Below the pieces are notes generated by a model. That model was not told where the DNA came from and made no database searches. It was given only the letters and a program-made list of their open reading frames with translations. 64,000 bases of DNA from an uncultured Nitrososphaeraceae archaeon (GTDB lineage: Archaea; Thermoproteota; Nitrososphaeria; Nitrososphaerales; Nitrososphaeraceae), in assembly GCA_963786915.1 (NCBI GenBank), contig CAWBAU010000001.1, positions 1,051,272-1,115,271 on the forward strand. The letters run 5' to 3'. Shown here piece after piece: positions 45,217 to 57,052 of this stretch (position 1 is the first letter of the stretch; each line of letters opens with the position of its first letter). The position numbers and the translations under genes are program-made.

Positions 45217-45585
45217 ATGGCCGAAAACAGGAAGAAAGTTTTTCTTAACTTCGAGCTTAAATGCAGCGATCAAGGGCAGAAGCGTATCATTAAGGCCATG
45301 GCAGATTTCAACCCGGAGATTCCAAATAGTCTGGTTACTAATTACTCAGCGGAGTACGATGAAAGCGAGTCTGTAAATGTAATACAGCAACTGTCTGATG
45401 GCGGGATTCAGGTGGCAAAGACAGGCAAAGCCTTTGAATTGCGACTGGAAGCGAACAATTTCGAATTTACCTTGAATATTAAACCGAAGTACCAACGACA
45501 TTGGGGCCAATCCTTTGTTGAAAAAATGGACAGTGCAAGGAAAAAGATGGGGTATGGAATTGCAACTGGAAGCGATGTCGGCTAG
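45217..45585 (+). CDS. Hypothetical protein
   Basis: Isolated 122-aa ORF in AT-rich surroundings. Confidence 0.6.
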   Translation: MAENRKKVFLNFELKCSDQGQKRIIKAMADFNPEIPNSLVTNYSAEYDESESVNVIQQLSDGGIQVAKTGKAFELRLEANNFEFTLNIKPKYQRHWGQSFVEKMDSARKKMGYGIATGSDVG

Positions 45586-45997
45586 ATTATAGCATAGCTA
45601 AAGGACTTTTATGATCGCTTGCAATTTGAGCATCACACCAAGCAACAAGGCATATAGAATAATGAGGTTTTAGACGTTTAATGCTTAGCCATTTCTGACA
45701 GCGCTAGGCTTTCCAAGTATATGAGATATATGTGTGTGTGTATGCACTCCACTGCTTTCTGAGCTAATTATAGATACTTTCTTGCATTCGAGAAATACTA
45801 AACTGCCATCAGCTTAAAACACTTAAATTTGCTGTTAGAAACAGCAAACTGGCGGCAAACACAGCTAGTAGTCTAGATCAACTTTGAAGGCCATTTTATT
45901 ATATCAAGATTTTAATTGAATTTTATCAAGATGTAATTTTTGCATAAAAGGCTTTCAGGTGTCTTTCTCAGAAAGCAGAAACTAAATAAAAAATAGA

Positions 45998-46016
45998 AGG
46001 CGGAAAAAAACCGCCT
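45998..46016 (-). terminator. Hairpin with T-tract downstream of the PKD protein gene
   Basis: AGGCGG-N7-CCGCCT followed by TCTATTTTTT on the - strand. Confidence 0.5.
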
Positions 46017-46033
46017 AATTTACTTTTTGCATA

Positions 46034-48850
46034 CTACTGGAAGCCAGAGCTCACCGCACCGTACAGTGTGTCAAGCCTGTTAGCTGCAGAGTAGCGTTCG
46101 TCACCTCGGAAGTCGATTTCAATGTTGGTTGGAGTCAGCTCCTCACCTCCTCTCACTATTACATTTACCCTTTCATCGTTAGAATACATGTGGCCATTGA
46201 GCAACAGGTCGGCAGTTCCTGAAACTAGATAGCTGTTGAGTCCTATGGGCCTTGCCACCCTTGGCTTGAGATCCACTATCTGAAATGTATCATGGTCTCT
46301 GCTCCTCTGGGACGCTAGATCTACGTTTTCATTTGAGTCTTCCCTTGCTGACATGAAGTAAGCAGAGAGAGTCGCGCTAACAGGCTCTTCGTCGCTCACC
46401 CGGAGTGTGAATGATCCAGACATCACAAATGGTCCTTCGGGGCGCGTCTGGTTCGATGTTATAGTGAATATGTCTCCGTCGAGATCTAGCGGCGCTTGTA
46501 TGTTGAACTGCTCTTCAACTCCGGTAGTTCTATTGTACTCTGCTGTCACTACAATGTTATGGTCTTCTCCGTCGTCAGGTATGGTCACAACACCCACTCC
46601 ACCAAACGGAGTTTGGATCCACGTACCAGGAGAGGCTCTCAGGAACTCAAGATGTTCAAAGTTTGCGTAGAATATAGGATATGTGCCGGGCGGCAAATCA
46701 TCTACTCTAAGTTCTGTGAAGCCTTGCTCTATCTTTTCTGCGGCTTCTGCATTGTAGATCGTTACAAACATGTCCGGTATCAGGTTCCCTTGGGTGTCTT
46801 GTGCACGAAGCGTGAGCGAATTGTCTGTCACCCTTGGAGGCGGAGGAGGCGTCGGTCGTTCGCTATATAGTGCAGTCACCGTTGTGTTCCTGCCCTCCCT
46901 GATCGTTATCAACCCAGTGCCACCGTCAGGTGTATCTATCCATCTTCCTGGCTCGGCTGACTGAAATTCAAAACGTCCAAAGTCAGAGTAGAAGATAGAG
47001 TAGGTACCTTCTTGAAGCTCTATATCCATAGGAGTCTTGCCCTTTTCTATCACTTGCCCGCTGCTTGTATCAAATATAGTAACTGGTGCATTACGTAGAG
47101 CCTCCCCATTGTCTGTTGCAGAGACTGCAGTTAAGCGAAGGGTTGAGGGTCCTTCAGTCGTACTGTCCACTCCTATTATGTTGACGGTTTGGATGATATT
47201 GGTCTGCTGGGTTCTGACGACCACTTGGGCACTGCCTGCGACCACCGTAGTAGGCACTATAACTACTGTGTTAAATGACCCTTCTACATTTGTTATTACA
47301 TTTGTTATTGGGACATTGTTTATGAATATCTGGACTGGTGTGTCTGGCTGGAAGCCCTCACCGCTGATTGGAAGCGGCGAGCCGGGTTCTACGGTTGTTT
47401 CGTCTAGCTGAACTGTTGGCTCTTCTACGCCTGTGTCAGTCTGATTGTTTTGTGTCTGGTTCTGTAACGTAGTTGTTGCTGCTTCTCCTCCTCCTTCTTC
47501 TGCGGGTTCTTCAACATTGATTTCTATACTTTCAGATGCATTTTGATTGTCAGTGTCTGTGGGAGCAACAGTGACGTTATATGTGCCAGCTTCCTCAAAT
47601 GTGTGCAAAACAGTTTGATCGTTACTTTCTTCGCTGTCATCATCAAAGTTCCAGCTATAAGTGTAAGGCACAGTACCGCCTGTTAGATTTGCTTGAAATT
47701 CAAAAGTGGCTGGTGCAACACCTTGTGTTCTATTTGAAATGATTTCAGCTGTCAGAAGTTCAGTAGATTCCTCTTCCGCTGCTTCTTCTTCAGGAGCTTG
47801 AGTAATAGTCTCATTCCTGATGTCTTCTGTTGCATTAAGGCAGCAGAAGTTGCATTAGCAGCAGAAGTTGCATTAGAGCAGAAGTTGCATTAGCAGCAGA
47901 AGTTGCATTAGCAGAGTTCATAGGCAGAAGTTGCATTAGCAGCAGAAGTTGCATTAGCAGCAGAAGTTGCATTAGCAGCAGAAGTTGCATTAGCGAGCAG
48001 AAGTTGCATTAGCAGCAGAAGTTGCATTAGCAGCAGAAGTTACAGATTCTGCTACAGTCACGGATAATGCAGAAGCGGCCGCTCTTGTGTCATCTGCGAC
48101 AGCAAGGATCGCGTATTCACCTTCTTCAACATCGGGCACTGTTACTGATGAGACAAATGCCCCTTCTTCGTCGGCAGTTTCAGAAGTAACTAGGCTATTT
48201 TGATAGTCGTCTTCAGAAGCAACTATCAAGTCATCAATATCTCCAGTGTTTATAATGTCACCGTCTGAGATAGAGATTGAGCATTCATTGTATGTACCAG
48301 GACTTGCTGCAAAGGTGCCAATGGTGCCATTTATGCGACCTTCAGCAATTGTCGCATCTTCACATTCAAGGCTCATAGTGCCATTCATCGGCCCACCTTC
48401 TTCAAGTGCAACAACCAGATTTTGCTCAGAAATGATTGTAGCATTAGTGGTGATGGTAGTATCATTGCCATCTTGGTTAGTGCGCAATTCAAGCAGATCT
48501 TCTAATGTAGGTGCTGCATCATCAGCACCAAGAAACGTGCCATTACCTTCTGGTTCAGTCGTTGTACCCTGGTTTGCATCGATCCCTTGAAGAATAAATG
48601 CGCTTCCATCTGTCAAGTCGGCCTGCCTAGCCAACATGAAATAAATCGAAACTTGAGAATTAGCACCAAAATTGCTGCCCTCTACTTCAACTACCGAACC
48701 GGGCGAGGCTTCACTTTCGCTGAGCGAAAGCTCTGCTGGCTCTGTTGTTATCTGGCCTTGAGAGCTCACAAAATAAAATGGTCCGACAGTCCCAGAAGCA
48801 CTAAAAAGTATGGCTGCTGCCAGAATTGCAGTAATAAGCTTTGATAGCAT
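46034..48850 (-). CDS. Large secreted acidic Ig-like/PKD-domain surface protein, frameshifted within an internal repeat
   Basis: Signal peptide; IPT-like SPGSVVEVEGSNF; PKD motifs GGTVPYTYSWNF..HTFEEAGTYNV; two homologous GxTP..L..GTYxIFY domains. Confidence 0.8.
47829..48041. repeat. 18-bp coding tandem repeat (ANATSA)n, about 11 copies
   Basis: gcagaagttgcattagca units, several with indels. Confidence 0.92.
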
Positions 48851-49069
48851 TCAGCCAAGCTGCGTAAGTATCAGATAAAAAGAGAGACCATTTTGCCTCT
48901 ATAAGAAGATCTAACTGCATTTAGTCAAGGTGGGGCCCTGAGACTATTCGTTGCTGCTAGCATCATTGCTCAAATGGAAAATTATGCCACATAGATCATA
49001 AAAGCCTCACGAATTGTAGCATTTTTCTTATCATAATCTATTTATCTGTGAATTTGGACATTTATTTTA

Positions 49070-50191
49070 ATGGGCAGATTGTTTGGAAGGGATAGCAAGA
49101 GAAAGGACCATGTCCCCTCCGAAGAGAGACTAGAATCCGATGATAGTGAGAGCGATTTTCAAAAGCGAGAACTCTACAACAAAGGAGTCAACGATATGTC
49201 TAATGAAAAGTTCCTTGAAGCAATAAGGAGCTTTGACCTCGCACTAAGGATTGATCCGCATTACGTTGATGCATGGATTAAAAGAGGATATGCCCATTTT
49301 CACTTAGGTGAATACACCGTTGCCATCGCTTCTTACGACAGGGCGCTTGAGGTCGATGTCAACAACGCAGAAGCGTGGAACCTCAAGGGACTTGCTTACT
49401 ATGAGATGAAAAACTACGACAAAGCCATTGAATGCTGCGAAAAGTCAGTAGACATTAACCCAAATGAGGGTATGTCGTGGTACAACAAGGCTTGCTACCT
49501 TACCTTGAGTGGCAGAGTCGACGAGGGCCTTGACGCGCTCAAGAGATCTATAGAGATAGATATTCAGAACGCCCGCAAGGCTGTGCGTGATAGGGACTTT
49601 GAAACTGCACGTGCAGAAGAGGGTTTCAGGAGGATAGTGGAAGTAGTCGTGCTCGAGTCGATAAGACAAGGTTATGACCATGTGGGCAAGATAGTATGGG
49701 TCACTGCAATGGACAGGGTGGAAGTTGAGGATGCGCTCATGCGTCTTGCCATGAAAGGTCTTGTAATCAAACACGAAAGGAGGAACTTTACAGGCAAGGA
49801 AGAATATTATGAACTTCCCACAGAGATTGCAAACAAGATAGGAGTGACAAAGAAAGGTGGCTTTTTTGGCTCCAAGGAGGTTTCAGCTCCTGTCCAACAG
49901 CTAAAGGATATAAAAGAAGTCCTCACCAAGGCTAAGGACTCAGTTGAAAAAGGCGATTTGGCTAGCACGCTGGAATCCTTTGACGAGCTTGTGAGCCCGA
50001 TGAAGCATGGAAATGCCATGATGGAGCAGTTCTTTGAAGCACACAGGGATCTTAGGCTTTACAAGATAAGGCTTCAGGACAGGGGACAGGAATACCTTAA
50101 CGCGCACAAGCCTGATCTTATTGATCTGATAGCAAAGATAGACCACACACTCGGAACTGGTGTGACGAGCAAACCGCCTGCAAAAGATTAA
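49070..50191 (+). CDS. TPR-repeat protein with a winged-helix-like segment
   Basis: AWIKRG, AWNLKG, SWYNKA TPR units. Confidence 0.88.
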   Translation: MGRLFGRDSKRKDHVPSEERLESDDSESDFQKRELYNKGVNDMSNEKFLEAIRSFDLALRIDPHYVDAWIKRGYAHFHLGEYTVAIASYDRALEVDVNNAEAWNLKGLAYYEMKNYDKAIECCEKSVDINPNEGMSWYNKACYLTLSGRVDEGLDALKRSIEIDIQNARKAVRDRDFETARAEEGFRRIVEVVVLESIRQGYDHVGKIVWVTAMDRVEVEDALMRLAMKGLVIKHERRNFTGKEEYYELPTEIANKIGVTKKGGFFGSKEVSAPVQQLKDIKEVLTKAKDSVEKGDLASTLESFDELVSPMKHGNAMMEQFFEAHRDLRLYKIRLQDRGQEYLNAHKPDLIDLIAKIDHTLGTGVTSKPPAKD

Positions 50192-50650
50192 CACTTTAGG
50201 CTGTACTATACTATGTAAACATCCTAGGAGGGATGTACACTTGTTATTTTCTTCTAAGCAGGATATGACTCGGGCCCCGGTACTAGGATGATTATCGCAA
50301 GTGCAAGCATACGAACAGGAATTTGTTATTTCACAGTGTGCTATTTCTATGCATCTTCTGAGACAGTGGAAAAACCTATAGAGACTGCAATGTTTCTATA
50401 AAATACGCTAGGATAACGCATGATGAGGATGATGAAGCGAAGGCGTACAGCTGCACAAGATATCCCATCAAGTATGTAGTCTATGTTAAAAGATAACCTC
50501 TAAGGTATCAGAAGCAATAAGTGCATTTACGACTTCAAGAGCTAGACCGGATAGTTAAGGCCTCGGAGGCACGCATGTGTGCCGATTCTGTCAGGACAGT
50601 TGGCCAGCTGATAATCTATTAATAACCATCAGAGGCGGATTATATCTCAT

Positions 50651-51463
50651 ATGGCAAAGATATTTGCCGACGTAAGTGAGAAAGAAATCACCAGAACTAT
50701 TGCAGAAATGTTCAATGAAACAATGATGGAGTATACGGATTCTGACGTTATAATCATCGGTGCTGGTCCGGCCGGCCTTACTGCTGGCAGGGATCTGGCA
50801 AAGGCTGGCGTTAGGACACTTATCATAGAGCAGAACAATTACCTCGGGGGCGGATATTGGGTAGGAGGCTATATGATGAATCCAGTCACCGTGAGGGCAC
50901 CAGCACAAAAGGTATGGGACGAGCTTGGAGTGCCATATAGAAAGATAAATGAAGGACTGTACGCCACATGGGGTCCGCATGCATGCAGCAAGCTGATAAG
51001 CGCAGCATGTGATGCAGGCGTGCGCTTTTTGCAGTTGACCAAATTTGATGACCTCGTGCTCAAGAACAAGCGAGTAGGTGGTGTGGTAGTCAACTGGATG
51101 CCAGTCTCTGCTCTGCCAAGAAACATCACATGTGTTGACCCAGTCGCACTTGAAAGCAAGATCGTAATCGATGCTTCAGGACACGACTCGGTTGCTGTTA
51201 GGCGCCTGATGGATCGCGGATACGTCAAATGGAAGGGCATGGATCCAATGTGGGTTGAAGGAAGTGAGGATGCCGTAGTCAACTATACAGATGAAATATT
51301 TCCCGGGCTAATTGCAACGGGCATGTCTGCTACCGAAACACACGGTCTTCCAAGGATGGGGCCGACATTTGGTGGGATGCTCCTCTCAGGCAAGAAAGCA
51401 GCCGAGGTTGCATTGGGCAAGCTAAAAGAGATACCAAGTCCGCCCATACCTGGGACGGTATAG
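50651..51463 (+). CDS. thi4: Thiazole synthase, Thi4 family, Cys-containing type
   Basis: DVIIIGAGPAG, GGGYWVGG, TCVDP, DASGHD, PRMGPTFGGMLLSG. Confidence 0.95.
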   Translation: MAKIFADVSEKEITRTIAEMFNETMMEYTDSDVIIIGAGPAGLTAGRDLAKAGVRTLIIEQNNYLGGGYWVGGYMMNPVTVRAPAQKVWDELGVPYRKINEGLYATWGPHACSKLISAACDAGVRFLQLTKFDDLVLKNKRVGGVVVNWMPVSALPRNITCVDPVALESKIVIDASGHDSVAVRRLMDRGYVKWKGMDPMWVEGSEDAVVNYTDEIFPGLIATGMSATETHGLPRMGPTFGGMLLSGKKAAEVALGKLKEIPSPPIPGTV

Positions 51464-51496
51464 ACCTGAGTTGTATCTCGATATAAATACGCCTGT

Positions 51497-51515
51497 GGGC
51501 GCCTTTCAGGCGCCC
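51497..51515 (+). terminator. GC-rich hairpin downstream of thi4
   Basis: GGGCGCCT-TTC-AGGCGCCC, perfect 8-bp stem; no T-tract. Confidence 0.4.
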
Positions 51516-51667
51516 CAAGTTAGTATCCTGATATAGTAGCTAATGTGTAGGATATCATCATAATCAAAAATTCTTATCTTAGGGAAAGCATAAATACTGC
51601 AGTAGTAGCTTGGCAATTGAAACCACCGACTGGATAGCAATAGGCATAAGCGTGGTGAGTTTGGGTT

Positions 51668-51961
51668 TTGCGGTTATTGCATTCATTTATTCAAAGAGGA
51701 ATGAGGAGAAAGTCCGGCTCTGAAGATAAGTTTGATTTTTCGAGGGTGCTTCATGCTGACGATTTCGTCACGCTTCGACATGAATTATACGACATTTATT
51801 GTTCAAAGAATGGTGATCCTCAAGCACTCAATAATGATCTCCAATATAATCAAAAAGTAAGTCGTCTTGGAGAACGTTATTTGCACATCCTTTACCTGTT
51901 GGAAAAACACCCGGAAAAGAAGACGAAAATATATTCGATCCGGGAGATTGGAAAGCAATAA
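51668..51961 (+). CDS. Hypothetical protein
   Basis: ORF only; start uncertain. Confidence 0.4.
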   Translation: MRLLHSFIQRGMRRKSGSEDKFDFSRVLHADDFVTLRHELYDIYCSKNGDPQALNNDLQYNQKVSRLGERYLHILYLLEKHPEKKTKIYSIREIGKQ

Positions 51962-52573
51962 TAAAATGCAACAAGGCATTCCCTGAGGATTATCGTAAGG
52001 CGGACGGCGCTCAAAAATTGGTAAAATATGCAAAAGATCATCTGAAAAATGTGAGTATAGACGATATAGACCCGTGTAAAAGATAAGCCTCATGTAAGTT
52101 GCATGCCAATTAACCTAACAGGACCATACCTTCGACATACCAGTATTTGACCCAATCACAGGCGAAATTGTAGGATACGAGGGCAGCGTATTAACTGACT
52201 GTTCGTCAACTTCAAGGGAAGCCTGCCAAGCAAAAAAAGGAGCTATTGAAGAATAGTAAAGATGTGCATGAGTCTGAGAGGTTGTTTGCTAAGCTTGATG
52301 GTTTAGAATGGCTGCAGCGACAGATAGTAAGATATTCTTGACAATAAATAATAAACCGCTTAATCAACAGCGGCAGAAGATTAATCATTGTAGTTTATGT
52401 GGCAAGCATCTAAAGTTTGATAGGATAACCGAAAACCCATTGACCTGCTGGAACTGTATGGGAGTAAATGCAGATTAGAAAAGAGGGTAGCTGTTGTCGA
52501 TATATCTCTTGACGGTAGAAGAGAATGAGAGGGCGCACACACGTACGTGTGTACGTATATGCCTGTCCATTCG

Positions 52574-53101
52574 CTAGAATAGCTTTTGTGTCTTTACCAT
52601 CAAGTTTGCTGTAACGGTAGAGACTACCCCTGCCAGAAGAGTTGAAAGCATTGCAACTTGATACGGTGGGGCTACATTTGATTGTAATAATAGGAAGATA
52701 GATGTGAATTTACCTATCATGTATACCACTTCAGATACTCCTAAAGCGGTCACTATTTTCTTTGCATCTTGTCTAAACATGTTTGAATCTCTCATACCTG
52801 TAACTACGTCGACATACTTCTTTCTATTATCAATATAAAAAAGACCTACAAAAGCAATAATATATACTCCTATATCTGTAATTATAGAGAAAATAGAAAC
52901 AAGAACGTTATTAGTAATACTTTGTGCAGCATACTGAACAACTATCGCATCTGTAATAATTGCAGCTACAGCTGCTACAATGATATTTTTGTTGAAGAAG
53001 ATAAGTTCTCGATATCTGGTGTAGAATTGTTTGAACGAATGTTGCAGTCGTCTATTCTTTTGTGTGGTACGGGGACGGTTTGATAAGTATTCCACCATCA
53101 T
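52574..53101 (-). CDS. GtrA-like four-TM membrane protein
   Basis: Four hydrophobic segments. The listed protein reads from the reverse complement (CAT at 53099-53101, CTA at 52574-52576), so the '+' in the ORF track is wrong. Confidence 0.75.
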   Translation of the reverse strand: MMVEYLSNRPRTTQKNRRLQHSFKQFYTRYRELIFFNKNIIVAAVAAIITDAIVVQYAAQSITNNVLVSIFSIITDIGVYIIAFVGLFYIDNRKKYVDVVTGMRDSNMFRQDAKKIVTALGVSEVVYMIGKFTSIFLLLQSNVAPPYQVAMLSTLLAGVVSTVTANLMVKTQKLF

Positions 53102-53809
53102 ATCGTTTGTAAAACCATTAATATTAATCTAGCTTAGAGCCAAGTTTGACAATTTCGCTTACAAATTGAAGAGGCCAACCATCTTCTGCTCCTTTTTCTA
53201 TAGTGTTCTTCCTAACTCGTCATCCGTTATCTGGTTTCGAACTGGCTTTAATGAGTGGTTGTAACGTGCTTTCTTTTTGGGCGTATTCTGCTTCTTTCCT
53301 CTTTTTTACCTCCTCATTATCCTCTGTAGTCAAACCTACTACCTACATTTTTTCCATAGCCAGACAAGTTATTGAACATTGGCAACTTCTTCAGCAATGT
53401 CGGGCGCCGGCAATGGCGGGGACGACGAATCAATGATGTCTCACCCATGAAAACCTGAAGCGGAAGAAAAAAGATACAGTATGAAAGTCCCCAGCTTTAA
53501 AATAGGATTGAGACCAAAGATAAAACTAACTTAGGCTATAAGAGGTTCTGCCTTCTTTCAAACTAAAAATTATAACATATTTCTGTACTATAACTATAGA
53601 CTTCTATACTAGAACTGCTTATATATGATAAGTAAATGCAAAGAATCTCAGACAGAGAGAAATCAAAGAACTGGTGCATAACAATGCCGCCAGATATTAT
53701 AGAAGCTATAGACAGGGGGTCTTAATAAAGGGACAGGACTGTCCCAAATACGCCCAAACTGAGGGCGAAGTAATCTTTTATATTCTCACTTTTTCAAATT
53801 TTTCCTTAA

Positions 53810-54552
53810 TTGGATTTTCTTCGCTTTATTCACATCAATCAGACTGCTTCGGGGCCAGCGGTTGATTCCGAGGTAGTAGCAGAGGAAATCAACAAGATTT
53901 TTCCAGGATGTAGGATAGACATCAGACCACCGTTTAGGTATAAGGAGAAATTGATAGAGCAAGCAATGATAGCGGACATCAAGCAGCCCTTTGAAAAGCA
54001 GCCAGAGCGAGCCAAATCAAGAACAAGACAGAAGGATGAATGGGATGATTTCGCTGTACGACGGATTTGTTATGCAAAAGATGTTTGCGGAAATGACACC
54101 TACTGCAGAAATGAGTCTGGCTCATATCCACATCATATTCACCAGTCTTTTGACGTGCACCTTTAGTGAAGATGATTGGCGCTATCATGGCCGTGCTATT
54201 ATATGCGGTACACCTTCCATCATTTCTACAACAGGCATAGTGGAATCTTTAGCAAAACCCCGAGAATTCTACCTTGCTCAGCTTGGAGGCATGGCTGGCA
54301 GCAGACAATGACAGTCTGAAGAAAAAGTTCACAGGAAGGTTCATTGATTACGATAATGAGGATAAGATTACTACAGCTTCTGTAAATTATGCCCTGCAGG
54401 CAATATTCTTCTTTATCACCGGCGGTGAGCCTTTCTGCAATAACAAAGATTGTAGACTCTTCAACGCGCACTGGCAGGAGGATCTAATACACACAATTGA
54501 AAAAAGAACATTATGCGGTCTTCACAGGAATTTGGCAAAAAACTATCAATAA
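53810..54552 (+). CDS. DUF6775-like putative metallopeptidase (two frameshifts)
   Basis: LYDGF, HIIFT..TCTF..DWRYHGRA, ISTTGIVE..AKPREFY, FC..KDCRLFNAHWQEDL, LCGLH. Confidence 0.7.
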
Positions 54553-54685
54553 GTCAGCCAAGGGCTTGAAGATTTTAGATATACAGCTCATTACAGTTTA
54601 AGTTTTAGCTATGGATGATCTCCCTTATGCAATGATATTCTCATAGTTTGGGTCCTTCCGAACGAATTATTAAGAGGTGTAGAAA

Positions 54686-55660
54686 TTGTCACTTTGTACT
54701 TTGTCCGACAGCCAACCAGGCAGTTTTAGGGATCAGAAGCACTACGACGTAATAATAATTGGCTCTGGACCCGCCGGATATACAGCTGGTACTTATACTG
54801 CCCGAGCTAATCTAGGCACACTGATTATATCAGGCACCCTGCCCGGTGGCCAGCTTATGACTACGAGTGAAGTAGAAAATTATCCTGGCTTTCCAAACGG
54901 CATATTTGGACCCGAGTTGATGATGAACATGCGTCAACAGGCAGAAAGATTTGGCGCAGTAATTGTTGATGACGAGGTCCTCAAGGTTGATTTCAAGAAC
55001 AGGCCTTTTACAATCGCAACCCATGCCGAGACCTATACTGCAGAAGCGACATTAGTATGCACAGGCGCGTCTCCTCGAAAGCTTGGTATTCCTGCAGAGC
55101 AGCAATTTAGCGGCAGAGGAGTCTCATATTGCGCCACTTGTGATGGACCATTTTTCAAAGGCGAAGACATTGTTGTAGTGGGTGGCGGCGATACTGCAAT
55201 GGAAGAAGCGACATTTCTGACAAAGTTTGGTAAATCAGTCAGAGTAGTTCACAGACGCGATTCTTTGCGCGCTAGCAAGATCCTTCAGCAGAAGGCGCTT
55301 GAAAACCCCAAGATCGAGTTCATTTGGAATAACGTTGTAGCAGATATCAAGGGCAACAACAAAATTTCAACTGTCCTAGTCAAGGACATCAACACTGGCA
55401 AAGAAAGAACTATCGATACAGGCGGCCTCTTTGTGGCAATCGGTCACGAGCCCAATACTGCAATTTTCAACGGACAACTCGAGCTTGACGATAAAGGCTA
55501 TGTAGTCCTTAAGCAACACACGAGGACCAGCGTTGAAGGCGTGTTTGCCGCGGGAGATGTTCATGATCATAGATACAGACAGGCTGTAACAGCCGCAGGC
55601 TTTGGCTGCATGGCAGCAATTGATGTAGAAAAATGGCTTTCTGAAAGAAAGCATAGCTAA
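54686..55660 (+). CDS. trxB: Thioredoxin-disulfide reductase
   Basis: IIGSGPAG, GGQL, VSYCATCDG, VVGGGD, HRRD, YRQAVTAAG. Confidence 0.96.
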   Translation: MSLCTLSDSQPGSFRDQKHYDVIIIGSGPAGYTAGTYTARANLGTLIISGTLPGGQLMTTSEVENYPGFPNGIFGPELMMNMRQQAERFGAVIVDDEVLKVDFKNRPFTIATHAETYTAEATLVCTGASPRKLGIPAEQQFSGRGVSYCATCDGPFFKGEDIVVVGGGDTAMEEATFLTKFGKSVRVVHRRDSLRASKILQQKALENPKIEFIWNNVVADIKGNNKISTVLVKDINTGKERTIDTGGLFVAIGHEPNTAIFNGQLELDDKGYVVLKQHTRTSVEGVFAAGDVHDHRYRQAVTAAGFGCMAAIDVEKWLSERKHS

Positions 55661-55663
55661 AAA

Positions 55664-55687
55664 AATAATAATAATAATAATAATAAT
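55664..55687. repeat. (AAT)8 microsatellite
   Basis: Read directly, just after the trxB stop. Confidence 0.9.
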
Positions 55688-56050
55688 CCTGCATGTGTCT
55701 CAATAGAGCGCAAAATTAAGCCAGAGGGCTGATGGCCCAAGTAGCACCTTTTGCCTGTTGCAGTTGCCTGTGCAGTTTTACATGAGACCCAGATTAGTAG
55801 ACAGGAGAAAGAGTTTGCATAACAAATTTGAGATGCTTATATGCATATTGAAAACCATTATCAGGATTATCATTTTGGAGAGGCCATTGCTAGCCAGTAA
55901 GAACATAAAGGATGACTTGATTGCAAGCTCCTCAGTGTTATAATCTTGCTGTGCCCAAAGAGGACACTTTCTTTGTATTACTTCATTCTTAGAGGTTTTT
56001 TATAGCACTCTAGTAGCATTGTATGTTCAGATGATAGGACCTTCAATTCA

Positions 56051-57046
56051 TCAGTAAGCCACTTTGGACATATGTTTTGCACTATTAAGAGCCCTGTCAT
56101 ATTCCTGCTCGGTTAGGACTTTTTCTCTGGTGTAGAGACTCCTGAATTTTCTGCCATCGTCTGCAAAAATGCCAACAATGATACCATGATCAAGGTTATG
56201 CGCCACCCTCAACATGGAGGTCATAACAGATCCTGATGAAGGGCCAACAAGCATAGTCTCCTTTTCAACTAGCTGCCTTACTGCCTCGAATGAGTCCTTG
56301 TTAGTTGCAGTCATCCACTCGTCGACGACACTGAGGCGCCGCTTGAAAAGCTCTGGAATTGCCGATTCTTCAAAGTTTCGCAATCCCTGCAGGAGATGGT
56401 TCTTTTGCGCCTGTATTGCAATGGCATGGACGTTCTTATTCTTTTCCTTCAGAAACGTCGCAGTGCCAGTTATTGTACCTCCTGTTCCGCAGCCCGTAAG
56501 AAAGTGAGTGAGGGTCCCGCCTGTCTGATTCCAGATCTCAGGGCCGGTGCTCTCATAGTGCGACAAGAAATTAGCGTCGTTATCATACTGGTTTGGCATA
56601 TAGTAAATGTCAGGCCTCGGCTTCGAAATGGCCTTTGCAAGCGCAATGCTCTGGTCTGTGCCAGTGCCTACTCGGGGGCACAAATCGTCAGATGTTTCAT
56701 GCAGGGTCGCTCCCAGACCGCGTAGGATATTCTTTGTTTCCTCACTAACCTTTTCAGGTATGACGATTTCTACTTTGTAACCAAGTGCAGCTGCGATGCC
56801 AGTAAGCGCGATACCTGTGTTGCCAGATGAAGGCTCAATAATGATGCTTTTATCCTTCTTCAAGATTCCCTTCCTTTCTGCATGCTTTATCATCCAGTAT
56901 GCGGCCCTGTCCTTCACAGAGCCAAAGGGGTTGTGCCACTCTAGTTTGGCGTATAGCTTAACGTTCTCGGTAGAAAATGACCCGAGCTCAACCAGCGGTG
57001 TCTGTCCTATTTGTTCCACAACATCAGGTCTTGCAACTGCTGTCAT
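56051..57046 (-). CDS. PLP-dependent cysteine synthase family protein (CysM-like)
   Basis: IGQTPLV, NPFGSVKDR, SSGNTG, NQY, GTGGT, GPSSG. Confidence 0.92.
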   Translation of the reverse strand: MTAVARPDVVEQIGQTPLVELGSFSTENVKLYAKLEWHNPFGSVKDRAAYWMIKHAERKGILKKDKSIIIEPSSGNTGIALTGIAAALGYKVEIVIPEKVSEETKNILRGLGATLHETSDDLCPRVGTGTDQSIALAKAISKPRPDIYYMPNQYDNDANFLSHYESTGPEIWNQTGGTLTHFLTGCGTGGTITGTATFLKEKNKNVHAIAIQAQKNHLLQGLRNFEESAIPELFKRRLSVVDEWMTATNKDSFEAVRQLVEKETMLVGPSSGSVMTSMLRVAHNLDHGIIVGIFADDGRKFRSLYTREKVLTEQEYDRALNSAKHMSKVAY

Positions 57047-57052
57047 TTTCTC

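Noticed and set aside
47829..48041. 18-bp repeats as CRISPR or iterons
   Set aside because: No spacers; they encode ANATSA within a surface protein.
50550..50650. TPP riboswitch upstream of thi4
   Set aside because: No CUGAGA / ACCUG core in the expected arrangement.
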